DNA of 64,000 nucleotides from Escherichia coli (GCF_003334335.1 NZ_QOWQ01000021.1), one strand, 5' to 3'. Positions 1 through 8,438 are shown, counted from the first letter of the stretch. The notes: generated from the letters alone by a model not told the origin. Made by a program: numbers and translations.

Positions 1-131
1 GAAGTACAGCATCACCTGATGAACAAATGTCATAGTTTCTTACCGTTATGGTTGACAATGAGAACTGTTTTCATTTAGAAATGATTGATGTCGAAAGCAT
101 CCTTTCGTTAGATTCTCCATTGGGATTACCT

Positions 132-168
132 CCGCCAGCTTCCGTTCCTGCCGCTGGCGGCTTTTTTT
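132..168 (+). terminator. Rho-independent terminator-like hairpin
   Basis: 8-bp stem CCGCCAGC/GCTGGCGG followed by C and T7 on the + strand; convergent with the 3' end of nanS-p. Confidence 0.45.
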
Positions 169-212
169 ATCATGCCGCGGCATCCGCGTTGTTCACTTCC
201 ACCTTCACACTG

Positions 213-2132
213 TCAATCAGCAGCGTATATGTCGCCGCCTTTGATATGCCTGTCAGTTGCAGTTTGTCCGCCGCCCCTGATGCCGGAGATTTCACCAGTG
301 TGAACGGCGTCCCCCCGTTTCTCATCCAGTACCGGCGTCACCTGAATGCTGTTGTTTCCGGCAAACTCAAAAGCCAGTGTGTGCCATCCGTTATCAAAGA
401 CCCCGAACGTATCCAGCTTCGCATTCGGCTTCTTGTGGTACATCGCGTTCAGGTTCGTCGCATCCGTCTGCAGGAAGAAGGACATCAGCATGTCGTTGCC
501 TTCCTCTGCCAGCGTCACTCCCTCCGGCAGGGACGACAACTGCCAGTAAATGCCCAGGGCAAACCGATTCGGCACCAGTGAACCCGGCAACTTAAACCGT
601 ACGCTCACACGTCCCCCCTTCTTCAGTAACTCCACTCCCTGTCCGGCTGCATCATGCTCCAGAAACCAGATGTGGTTTTCCGGTTTATTCAGTTGCAGGG
701 CCTTACCTCCCGTAGCCCCCGCATCACTGACCACCGCTTCAGCAATGTTTTTGTTAACATTGTCTCCACTCGCCGGTTTGTGATAATAGCGCCAGCCCTG
801 TGATGCCAGGTCTTCGCCGGACGCCAGCAGACTCATCAGGGTTCGGTTACTGACCGGGGCTTCCGGCTCTCTCTCCGTACCTTCACCGGAAGGTCCGGTG
901 GGCTTCACCGTATCAGGCTGTTTTCCGGTAATGAATTCAGCGGTTCTCCCGGCATGCACAAGAATCGCCGTTGCCAGACGGTCGGAAATAATCCCACGAC
1001 GTGCCCATGATCCAAAATGCGTTTTACGGTCGGCCGTCGTCCAGGTTTTGGCGTCCGTTCGACCACCGGCTCCGTAATACCCAATATCCGCAACATCCGG
1101 ATCTTCTGACGGCTCGTTGGTACCCACATTTCGCCCGTTTTCATCCGTCATAAACGGCACAAAGAAGATTTTTTTTGCGGATTTCGTCTTGTATGCACCA
1201 TACACCGCATCGTATTGCGAAGAATAAGTCTGCTTCCAGTAGTAGGTCGTGTCGCCACAAATCCAGGGAACCGATGACGGAGAGCCCCCGAGACACTGAC
1301 CTCCGAATTCCGACAGGTCAGAACGATATTTTTCCACCATGGAATCAAACAGCCCCGGCTGAGTGGCGTATGCACCCTGTTTCAAATCAAACTCGCCCTG
1401 CATCCAGACCACTACAAGCAGAATATTTTTAGGGTTGGCCTTCAGTGCGGCCTGAGTACGGGTAAGCAGGTCCTTGTACAGTGGCTTATCTACACCCCAA
1501 CGTGCCGAGGTCTCGCTTGCGCCGGTGGATTCGCTGAAGGTACCTTCATCGCCCGCCAAAAATGCAGAACCACCACGGCAGCACGGAACCAGAAGAATAC
1601 CGGCATTCGCCGGAATAAACGGCAACAATTTCTTCGCGATATGTAATCCCTGCCCCACGCATCCATACTGAGCTGCGCTGGCTTTCGGGTGTGAAAACTT
1701 ACTCAAATCCTGAACATCATGCAGGCAGTGGTCCGCAGGAATAATGTCATTGTAGTTACAGGACGCACCACCCGGCGTGACAGTGCTGCGACGCGCCAGC
1801 TGTTTAATACGCGGGTCCGGACGGTCATATGTCTCCGGCAGCGGAAGCCCTTCACCATACGCCATGCCGTTTGACTGCCCGGCCAGCGCAATGACAAAGT
1901 AATATTCCGGTTCGCTGGTGGTGCTGATAACAGCGCCACCATCACCCGACGGTTGCACCACCACCGGTGTGGTGACATCACCTTCCGCCGCAATGGCCTG
2001 CATCAGGGTATAGGGCGTGATGGCCACCGGACTGCCAAATGGCTGCCACCCCTCCTTCAGTTTTTGTGTCAGTCGCTCCGCAAGGTCTGACGGCGACGCC
2101 GCCCTGACCACATCGTAGTGTTTAAATGTCAT
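213..2132 (-). CDS. nanS-p: Prophage sialate O-acetylesterase NanS-p family (DUF1737-like N-domain plus SGNH/SASA esterase core)
   Basis: 639-aa ORF. The N-terminus MTFKHYDVVRAASPSDLAERL and the block IALAGQSNGMAYGEG match, from memory, the esterase family found downstream of stx in Stx phages. Its position after Q and the phage tRNAs fits. Confidence 0.8.
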   Translation of the reverse strand: MTFKHYDVVRAASPSDLAERLTQKLKEGWQPFGSPVAITPYTLMQAIAAEGDVTTPVVVQPSGDGGAVISTTSEPEYYFVIALAGQSNGMAYGEGLPLPETYDRPDPRIKQLARRSTVTPGGASCNYNDIIPADHCLHDVQDLSKFSHPKASAAQYGCVGQGLHIAKKLLPFIPANAGILLVPCCRGGSAFLAGDEGTFSESTGASETSARWGVDKPLYKDLLTRTQAALKANPKNILLVVVWMQGEFDLKQGAYATQPGLFDSMVEKYRSDLSEFGGQCLGGSPSSVPWICGDTTYYWKQTYSSQYDAVYGAYKTKSAKKIFFVPFMTDENGRNVGTNEPSEDPDVADIGYYGAGGRTDAKTWTTADRKTHFGSWARRGIISDRLATAILVHAGRTAEFITGKQPDTVKPTGPSGEGTEREPEAPVSNRTLMSLLASGEDLASQGWRYYHKPASGDNVNKNIAEAVVSDAGATGGKALQLNKPENHIWFLEHDAAGQGVELLKKGGRVSVRFKLPGSLVPNRFALGIYWQLSSLPEGVTLAEEGNDMLMSFFLQTDATNLNAMYHKKPNAKLDTFGVFDNGWHTLAFEFAGNNSIQVTPVLDEKRGDAVHTGEISGIRGGGQTATDRHIKGGDIYAAD

Positions 2133-2234
2133 GAATCCTCCCGGTCGGGATAATGTTGTGAGTCAGATGAGGGGCGGGCTGAAGTCCGGAAGTTACAGGA
2201 CAATGGCAGGAGGAAGACTACAGCCCGCAATACG

Positions 2235-2259
2235 AAAAAGGCCGCGCAGTTGCGCAGCC
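2235..2259 (-). terminator. Rho-independent terminator-like hairpin upstream of nanS-p
   Basis: On the minus strand: GGCTGCGC-AACT-GCGCGGCC (one G-U pair) followed by T5. Confidence 0.5.
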
Positions 2260-2314
2260 TTATGAATTCTGGTTAAAATCCATTCGATTATAAAAATGTA
2301 TATCTCATGCTGTT

Positions 2315-2371
2315 GCCCGAACCCACTCGGGCTTTTTTTTGCCCACAAGAAAGCCCCTCCGGAGAGGGGCT
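2315..2371. terminator. Back-to-back hairpins forming a bidirectional terminator module
   Basis: GCCCGA-ACCCAC-TCGGGC plus T8 on the + strand (2315-2340). AGCCCCTC-CGGA-GAGGGGCT followed by TTCTT on the minus strand (2341-2371). Confidence 0.5.
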
Positions 2372-2583
2372 AAAGCCGCGTATCTGTATCATCATGCACA
2401 TGGTGCCGGGTGCCTCCCGGTGAGTTCAGCCCGGTGCCACTAAACCCGCGTCATTCTCGTTTTGATAATCAGAGATTATACCGTCACCAGTCGCCCCTCC
2501 GCTCAGGGGGATTCACCATGCAGGATTTTTTTAACAAAATCCCTGACAGCCAGACAATCATCAACTTGCTGAATTGTGAGGTA

Positions 2584-2618
2584 TTTAAAAATTTAGCAGG
2601 GTAACGGATACCCTGCTA
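2584..2618 (-). terminator. Terminator-like hairpin just downstream of the phage tRNA cluster
   Basis: 10-bp stem TAGCAGGGTA/TACCCTGCTA with a 5-nt loop, followed on the minus strand by AATTTTT. Confidence 0.45.
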
Positions 2619-2684
2619 ACCACCTGGTGTTTTCTTTTTCAGCAACTAAAAGGCCCGCCGAAGCAAGCCAGAAAAAAATAAGTG

Positions 2685-2761
2685 TGGCGCGTTGTACTGG
2701 AGTCGAACCAGTGACCGATTGCTTAGAAGGCAATTGCTCTGTCCGGCTGAGCTAACAACGC
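2685..2761 (-). tRNA. argO: Phage tRNA-Arg (anticodon UCU)
   Basis: The reverse complement folds as a 77-nt cloverleaf: acceptor GCGTTGT/ACAACGC, anticodon loop CT-TCT-AA, T-loop TTCGACT, encoded CCA. Its position matches the ileZ-argN-argO cluster of Stx phages. Confidence 0.85.
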
Positions 2762-2775
2762 AGAATGCCGATAAA

Positions 2776-2852
2776 TGGACCGCCATCGAGGACTCGAACC
2801 CCGCGCAACCAGCTTCGAAGGCTGGCGCTCTATCCTGATGAGCTAATGGCGG
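2776..2852 (-). tRNA. argN: Phage tRNA-Arg (anticodon UCG)
   Basis: The reverse complement folds as a 77-nt cloverleaf: acceptor CCGCCAT/ATGGCGG, anticodon loop CT-TCG-AA, T-loop TTCGAGT, encoded CCA. Confidence 0.8.
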
Positions 2853-2859
2853 TATGTGA

Positions 2860-2931
2860 TGGTGGCCCTTGCTGGATTTGAACCAGCGACCTGGCGATTA
2901 TAACTCGCTCTCATCATTTAGCTAAAATGGC
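2860..2931 (-). pseudogene. Degenerate tRNA-Ile(CAU)-like gene (ileZ-like remnant)
   Basis: The 3' half (GGTCGCTGGTTCAAATCCAGCAAGGGCCACCA) is intact and ileX/ileZ-like. The 5' acceptor strand GCCATTT mispairs with AAGGGCC at two positions. The anticodon arm is about 4 nt short, reading GAGTTATAATCGCC. Total length is 72 nt. Confidence 0.6.
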
Positions 2932-3056
2932 TGGGGGAGTGATGATACATCAGTCACATTAAACATGAAAACAAATCGTTTTAGGTGAAATACAAAAAGA
3001 ATAGTGATTAAATATCAAATGGATATGCTTTAAATCTAACCACAGTAAAGACGAGT

Positions 3057-4001
3057 ATGATTTTTCTCAAGAATGGCGAAAGTTTTATTCGCGTGAATGA
3101 CTGGGCAGAAATTCAGGCGAGAGAGTCTTACTATCCCAAATTAGAGTTAAATGATCAGCAACTCTCTGACGTTTTTGGTTACTACGATGACCTACCAGAG
3201 GAAATTCCATGTGGAAAATCAAATTGCCGCAAAGGGCATAAAAAGGGATTTCTGGTAGTTACGAAAGAAGGATTTGAAACGAATATCGGCCATGTATGTG
3301 GAACTAATGTTTTTGGTATAGCATTTGATAATTTAGCAATAGAACTTTGCCGAAAAGCAGATTTCCATCGCTTACTTACCGCACTTAAAGAGGCAAAAGA
3401 TGATATTTTTAGCTATTACAAACTCAAAGCCAAAATCGAATCTGGGCGTCCATCACTAACTGAGGTTGCTCATAGAATACTTGACATGAAAGACCCTAAA
3501 ATCATCGGGCGTGCGGCTTATCAAACATTGAAAAAGATGGCTGCTTCTGGTGATGGGCGTGTTTTCCGCTCAAGATTAAAAAATACAGAAGAGCTAGAAC
3601 TGGACGAAATTATGTCCCAGAAGCAAACAAGCGACTCAGCTCCAAAAGTTAACAACAAAAACAAAACCGTAAATGAACTTATTGGGGTAATACAATACCC
3701 TGAATGCTTGCTGAATGATTATGACATTGCTCTTCTTTATGAAAGAGATATAAAAATGGTTCTGGAAAAATTAAACAAATGTACCCCAGATGAATTGACT
3801 GAAAGAGAGGTGTTGTCTTTTGGAATAAAGGTTTCAAGATTAAGAGAACGCTTTAACTTTGCTCAGGAACGCTTAGAAAAATCCAGGGTTTTTGCAACAA
3901 GAGAAAACCTTAAACCTTTACGTGCATTACTTAACATTCAGAAATCTGTAAGCAATAAAGACAAATTACTATTTAAGAAATTTATGGAAAATTTACCATA
4001 A
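3057..4001 (+). CDS. Hypothetical 314-aa protein with an N-terminal Cys/His knuckle; AT-rich moron antisense to the late operon
   Basis: Single long ORF in a visibly AT-rich block. Carries the motif CGKSNCRKGH...GHVCG, and the remainder is K/E-rich and helical. The stop is 2 nt before a strong hairpin. No family recognised. Confidence 0.7.
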   Translation: MIFLKNGESFIRVNDWAEIQARESYYPKLELNDQQLSDVFGYYDDLPEEIPCGKSNCRKGHKKGFLVVTKEGFETNIGHVCGTNVFGIAFDNLAIELCRKADFHRLLTALKEAKDDIFSYYKLKAKIESGRPSLTEVAHRILDMKDPKIIGRAAYQTLKKMAASGDGRVFRSRLKNTEELELDEIMSQKQTSDSAPKVNNKNKTVNELIGVIQYPECLLNDYDIALLYERDIKMVLEKLNKCTPDELTEREVLSFGIKVSRLRERFNFAQERLEKSRVFATRENLKPLRALLNIQKSVSNKDKLLFKKFMENLP

Positions 4002-4002
4002 T

Positions 4003-4028
4003 TAAAAAACCCGCTATAAAGCGGGTTC
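4003..4028. terminator. Bidirectional hairpin: tR'-like terminator for the PR' leader (minus strand) and terminator of the 314-aa ORF (plus strand)
   Basis: AACCCGC-TATAAA-GCGGGTT, with A6 on the plus-strand 5' side, which is T6 after the stem on the minus strand. Confidence 0.6.
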
Positions 4029-4068
4029 CGTGTTAATTTTTATATTGGCGCTAAACCCCATAATTAAA

Positions 4069-4098
4069 ATGATACAAGACAATTTTATGCAAAGTCAA
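4069..4098 (-). promoter_or_regulatory. PR'-like late promoter downstream of Q
   Basis: On the minus strand: TTGACT, 18 nt, TATCAT. It is located 40 nt after the Q stop and about 45 nt before the tR'-like hairpin. TTGACT and ATAAAATTG resemble lambda PR' as I recall it. Confidence 0.5.
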
Positions 4099-4137
4099 GT
4101 CGGTTGCTCAAAAATCTCTCCGCCAAAGCTGTTCAGA

Positions 4138-4953
4138 TCAGTAACTCGTTGCCTTCTCAAATTCTCTAGCCGCATGCCGCTCACCTTGATGCAGGATATC
4201 AATCAATTTTTCATAGAATGGTTTCCAATTGCGCGACCATGAAGACTGGTGCAGATCGGGAATGTATATTTGAATAGCTCGATGAACATTAGCTGATTTG
4301 ATAGATACGAATCCCTTTCCACTACAACGCTCGCAGATTTTAAACACTGGCACACCACGCTCGCTTGTGGCTTTGCGGTCCAGTACCTCTCCCTTTCCAC
4401 CACAACGACACCTGGCACTTATCACTCCCTTCCCTTTACATACATCGCAAACGACTGGTACAACTTCCGTTACCTCTGTCCATCTTTCCCAGTCTGACGG
4501 TCGAACAGCACGGGAGCGACTGGCCCAATATGGTGCTTTACCCCATGGGTATGAAACCTTACGAATGACCTGCTTACGGGGTGTTAGTCCGGTACCACTG
4601 CAACTATGGCATGTTACGCTGGTGGCCGCCGATCGGGAATACTCAGCAAAAGCAAACTGAGCCAGTACCAGCATACACCAGCCAAATTCACCACCAGCTG
4701 CTTTACGCACATTCTTCGGTGCAATTTCCATCGCGTGACGCGCCAGCGCCTGGACTGCCATCTGCTCATCAGTCTTGCTGATACCGGCCTTCCCGAAGAA
4801 GGCCGCCAGGCCAAACCGCTCACGATTACTGGTGGTACCAATAGCCGCCATAACATCGGTGCCTGTAAGACGTTCCGGAGAGGTTCCTTTCACATCGTCG
4901 CCGATATACATTCCCTGAGGACTGAAGTATTTTAGCGATGCCTCAAGCTTCAT
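4138..4953 (-). CDS. Late antiterminator Q, QuuQ/YdfT type (DnaJ-like CxxCxGxG zinc fingers)
   Basis: 271 aa. Contains MKLEASLKYFSPQ and four CxxCxGxG-type motifs (CHSCSGTG, CDVCKGKG, CRCGGKG, CERCSGKG), as in the Qin prophage Q homologue from memory. It is the last gene before PR'. Confidence 0.75.
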   Translation of the reverse strand: MKLEASLKYFSPQGMYIGDDVKGTSPERLTGTDVMAAIGTTSNRERFGLAAFFGKAGISKTDEQMAVQALARHAMEIAPKNVRKAAGGEFGWCMLVLAQFAFAEYSRSAATSVTCHSCSGTGLTPRKQVIRKVSYPWGKAPYWASRSRAVRPSDWERWTEVTEVVPVVCDVCKGKGVISARCRCGGKGEVLDRKATSERGVPVFKICERCSGKGFVSIKSANVHRAIQIYIPDLHQSSWSRNWKPFYEKLIDILHQGERHAAREFEKATSY

Positions 4954-5810
4954 TATTCACACTCCCCAACCAGATTGAGAATGACCGCTGCACCATCGTC
5001 TTCCATGCATTCACCCTTACCACTTGCCAGAAACCAGCGGCACACCTCCACGGCTTCAGCGCGTGTCACCGGTTTGATGGTTGCCAGCAATTTTTCAAGG
5101 TAGCGCTCCCGGTCATATACCGATTCGTGATGCTCAGAGTAACCAAACTCATCGCCCTGTTCTTTAGTTGCAGTGTGGCGAACACTGTAGAGCCAGTCCC
5201 AGTAAACGAACTCGCGAACAACATCAGACAGCGTATAAGGCTCAGGCAGCACATCGCGATATCCATCAACAAATGCCCGACGCTGTTCATCAATTTCGTT
5301 CATGCGGCTGCCGCCAATGCTTCCGGCTTTTTTCTCTGCCGCAGTCCAGCCCCAGAGATGATCGTTGATAAATTTCTGGGAAGACCTGATGACCCGCTCT
5401 GCTTCCACATCTTCGAGCGCTGCTTCATAGCTACCAAACGTAGCCCTGACTGATGCCGCTTTTTTGATGTTCTCCCGGGCGTTCCTGATAACCTGCGCAG
5501 GGTTATCCATGCCGATGATGCCGAACGCAACCTGGAAAGGTTCGTAACCATTCGCCAGCAGATAACGCGAATAGCGTTCCTGAGCCTCTTTTGGGGAAAT
5601 TTTAATTTTCACCAGCGCAGCCTCAGCAGCATCCAGATGTGCGGGTTCGTTCAGACGGATAACCTCCAGCACCCAAAGATAAGCATCAGTCTGCTTATGC
5701 CCGGTGATTCTCCGTTGCTCTGGCAGGGGCTTGATGTTTGCGAGGGCGGAGCTGTACGCTGCCGTCGGGATGGTGAATAGTGCTTTATGTTCGTTATTAT
5801 CAGTACGCAT
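4953..5810 (-). CDS. Hypothetical phage protein (285 aa) between primase and Q
   Basis: ORF track. Start and stop overlap both neighbours by 1 nt (translational coupling). No domain recognised. Confidence 0.7.
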   Translation of the reverse strand: MRTDNNEHKALFTIPTAAYSSALANIKPLPEQRRITGHKQTDAYLWVLEVIRLNEPAHLDAAEAALVKIKISPKEAQERYSRYLLANGYEPFQVAFGIIGMDNPAQVIRNARENIKKAASVRATFGSYEAALEDVEAERVIRSSQKFINDHLWGWTAAEKKAGSIGGSRMNEIDEQRRAFVDGYRDVLPEPYTLSDVVREFVYWDWLYSVRHTATKEQGDEFGYSEHHESVYDRERYLEKLLATIKPVTRAEAVEVCRWFLASGKGECMEDDGAAVILNLVGECE

Positions 5811-6778
5811 TACGCAACCGCCTTTTTCTTATGGAAAACCAGCTCTCGAACCTGATCACCGTTCATGAGCATATTGTTGAAATCATCGTGATCCGGCCAG
5901 TACACGCTCACGCGCTGCAGGTCATTCTTTGCCATCAGATTGGCATGAGCACATTCGCAAGCCGCAGCCAGCCCGGTGGCGCTGTTCTCGTCACGGTCGG
6001 CAAAAATAATCAGGTGCAGAACACCAGCTGGTACGCGAAACTTTTTCATAAAGCCGCTGTTAATGGTTGCCCAGGTGTTCACGTTATAAATCTGGTGCGC
6101 TGACAGCGCTGTTTCGATGCCTTCGGCGATACCCAGAGTGCTGGCGACAGGAAACATGCGGATAGCTACAGAACGAGCGTGATCCAAATAGTTATCTTCC
6201 TGCAGGGATTTGAGGCGCTTTGCACTGCTACCGATATCTGCTTTTTTATCACCATCAAGCAGAGTCTGGTGCAGATAGCACAACTCCCCTTTATCGTCCG
6301 TAGCAAGTGAATAAAGAGACTGGAACACACTCCCGTTGTGTCTCTGCCTGGCATTGAACCGGATCGCCTCAGCAGGAAGACTGAATATTCCACGAGAATT
6401 AAGATACGCTGCGCCGGATGTACCACGCAGTGCCTCCAGTTTTGAAAACTTGCTCAATACCCGTTTGCGTAAGCTGGTGGCGCTGCTGGTTACCGGGATT
6501 TTAACCCGTTGGTAATCATTACCGATCAGGCGGTCTATTTCGGTACAAATCTCGTTAAATGGCTTCGCCTGTGTCAGGGTGACAAGTTTCATACCATCGC
6601 CACTACCACATACACAGATCCACGTTCCTGCACCGTCGCGGTCGTCAATTCGGAACTTGCCACGTGCACCGCATACCGGGCATTCACCCTTGAAGTGATT
6701 TTTTCCGGTTATCGGCGGCAGACCGAAGTGCTCTAATATTTCAGGCCAGCGGCCTTTCGCTGCATCTGCTGTTTTCAT
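5810..6778 (-). CDS. Phage DNA primase (N-terminal Zn-ribbon plus Toprim domain)
   Basis: 322 aa. Contains GRWPEILEHFGLP...CPVCGARGKFRIDDRDGAGTWICVCG (primase zinc ribbon) and C-terminal IAEGIETALS...IFADRD (Toprim). Confidence 0.8.
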   Translation of the reverse strand: MKTADAAKGRWPEILEHFGLPPITGKNHFKGECPVCGARGKFRIDDRDGAGTWICVCGSGDGMKLVTLTQAKPFNEICTEIDRLIGNDYQRVKIPVTSSATSLRKRVLSKFSKLEALRGTSGAAYLNSRGIFSLPAEAIRFNARQRHNGSVFQSLYSLATDDKGELCYLHQTLLDGDKKADIGSSAKRLKSLQEDNYLDHARSVAIRMFPVASTLGIAEGIETALSAHQIYNVNTWATINSGFMKKFRVPAGVLHLIIFADRDENSATGLAAACECAHANLMAKNDLQRVSVYWPDHDDFNNMLMNGDQVRELVFHKKKAVA

Positions 6779-6779
6779 C

Positions 6780-8438
6780 TTACTGACTCAGACTGTTTAT
6801 ATTTTTCTGGAGTTGGTGCTTTGCCTGCATGATGCGCCAGGCCTCACTGCCTGCCGGTATCTCACGTCGTTCATCACGTTCCTGAGATAAATCAATCGTT
6901 GTTTGTGCGTTTTCAGTGACCTTCTGAACCCGCTGGTGGCCTTTGGCAAACCGGATCAGTTTGTGTCTGATGTAGTTATTTACCTCAGGGGTAATTTCCA
7001 TCGGAAAGTTACTCAGTCCGTCAGGCCACTCACCGAACTTTTCCCGGAAAGTGTGAGCACACCATCCGTCACTGACTGGACGCCCCAGCGAAGCACGCTG
7101 GCGCTGATAAAATTTGATCTGACTCCACCAGGACTGTTTCTCTGCCTTCGTCGACTGATGCTGATTTTTACCCAGCTTATTAAGTTTGCGGCTAGTGTCA
7201 GTATCAACGTCTTCACCTCGCAGCGGCTTGTGTCCACATTTCGGGCAAACATAGACGCCTGCTGGCTTCATGTAGTGGCATTGAGGGCATTCATGTGGCA
7301 GTTTTTCGGCCCGTTCCTCAACTGCCCGGCGCGCGCTTTCCTCCATGCCGTCAGACTTACCGGGAAGCTCGTCGTACTCGATTGAATCCGGATAACCCAA
7401 ACGGTGCACGGTGCCGCTGTGATCGAAGATAAGGCAGGACTCTTTACCCGGTGCGGTGCGCAGCCCACGCCCGAGAGCCTGCAACCAGCGAATTTCGCTT
7501 TTTGTTGGCCTGGCGTAGATGATGCAACGAACGTCACTATCAAAGCCGGCCACCAGAACGCCCACACTAACGATGATTTTCGTTGCACCGGTTTCAAAGC
7601 GGTGAATGATGGTCTGGCGCTCATCTACCGGAGTGTCGGCGGTCATTACCTCAGCGTTAACACCCGCCAGGTTAAACTGGATTGTCAGATAATTGGCGTG
7701 AGCTACGTTGACGCAGAAAGCGATGGTAGGTAAATCCCGACCATTCTCCAGCCAGTTCTGTACGATGTCGCCCACCAGCGTAGAGCCGCACATGATTTCA
7801 GCCAGCTGTGTTTCGTTGTAATCGCGGCCGTACTCAAGCGAAGATGTGGTTTTAACACCTTTCAGATCCGGCTTAGTTGGCGCGTAAAATTCGTATTTAC
7901 TCAGATCGCCACGCTGGATTAACTCGCCGATGGTGGTCGGCTTAATCAGTCGGTCATAGTATTTGCCCAGGAACGGAGAAAACGGAGTACCCGACAGGCC
8001 AATCACCTTTACGCCTTTGCCGCGCAGACGTTCGATATCCTTCAGGATGCGTTTTTTACGCAGGTGCGCTTCGTCGATAATCAGCAGATCGATATTTTCA
8101 GGAAAAACACGACGAATAAGCGTGTCAGCGCTGGCAATCTGAATTTTCCGGTCCGGATCGTAGTTCGGGTGATCCGCCCAGATATAACCGATTTCATCTC
8201 CAGGTAAACCATACTGCACGAACCGATTAGCCGTCTGACCAATCAGGATGGTGTACGGAACACAGAACAGAACACGCATACCACGGCTGACAAAACCAGC
8301 AACTATGAAGGCTGCCAGACCCGTTTTACCGCTACCTGTTGGCGAGTAAACCATGAAGGTGTCGTTTGCCTTCCAGTCACGGCGCAACATGTTTAACGCT
8401 CGTTCCTGTGCAAAATTCGGCGTGATCGTCAGCTCCAT
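6780..8438 (-). CDS. Phage SF2 (DEAH) replicative helicase with a C-terminal zinc ribbon
   Basis: 552 aa. Walker A SPTGSGKT, motif II IIDEAH, motif VI QALGRGLR, and CPQCHYMKPAGVYVCPKCGH. Confidence 0.85.
   Translation of the reverse strand: MELTITPNFAQERALNMLRRDWKANDTFMVYSPTGSGKTGLAAFIVAGFVSRGMRVLFCVPYTILIGQTANRFVQYGLPGDEIGYIWADHPNYDPDRKIQIASADTLIRRVFPENIDLLIIDEAHLRKKRILKDIERLRGKGVKVIGLSGTPFSPFLGKYYDRLIKPTTIGELIQRGDLSKYEFYAPTKPDLKGVKTTSSLEYGRDYNETQLAEIMCGSTLVGDIVQNWLENGRDLPTIAFCVNVAHANYLTIQFNLAGVNAEVMTADTPVDERQTIIHRFETGATKIIVSVGVLVAGFDSDVRCIIYARPTKSEIRWLQALGRGLRTAPGKESCLIFDHSGTVHRLGYPDSIEYDELPGKSDGMEESARRAVEERAEKLPHECPQCHYMKPAGVYVCPKCGHKPLRGEDVDTDTSRKLNKLGKNQHQSTKAEKQSWWSQIKFYQRQRASLGRPVSDGWCAHTFREKFGEWPDGLSNFPMEITPEVNNYIRHKLIRFAKGHQRVQKVTENAQTTIDLSQERDERREIPAGSEAWRIMQAKHQLQKNINSLSQ

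Noticed and set aside
1-33. Possible start of a minus-strand gene (MTFVHQVMLYF...) running off the left edge
   Set aside because: Only 11 codons are visible and the RBS is weak. A plus-strand terminator at 132-168 suggests a convergent gene instead. There is too little sequence to call it.
48-581. Several 60-180-aa plus-strand ORFs overlapping 213-2132
   Set aside because: All are antisense or out of frame within nanS-p. No independent signals support them.
2410-2604. 64-aa plus-strand ORF in the empty stx slot
   Set aside because: It has no RBS, lies opposite to the late operon, and runs into the terminator-like hairpin at 2594-2618. It has no resemblance to Stx A or B subunits.
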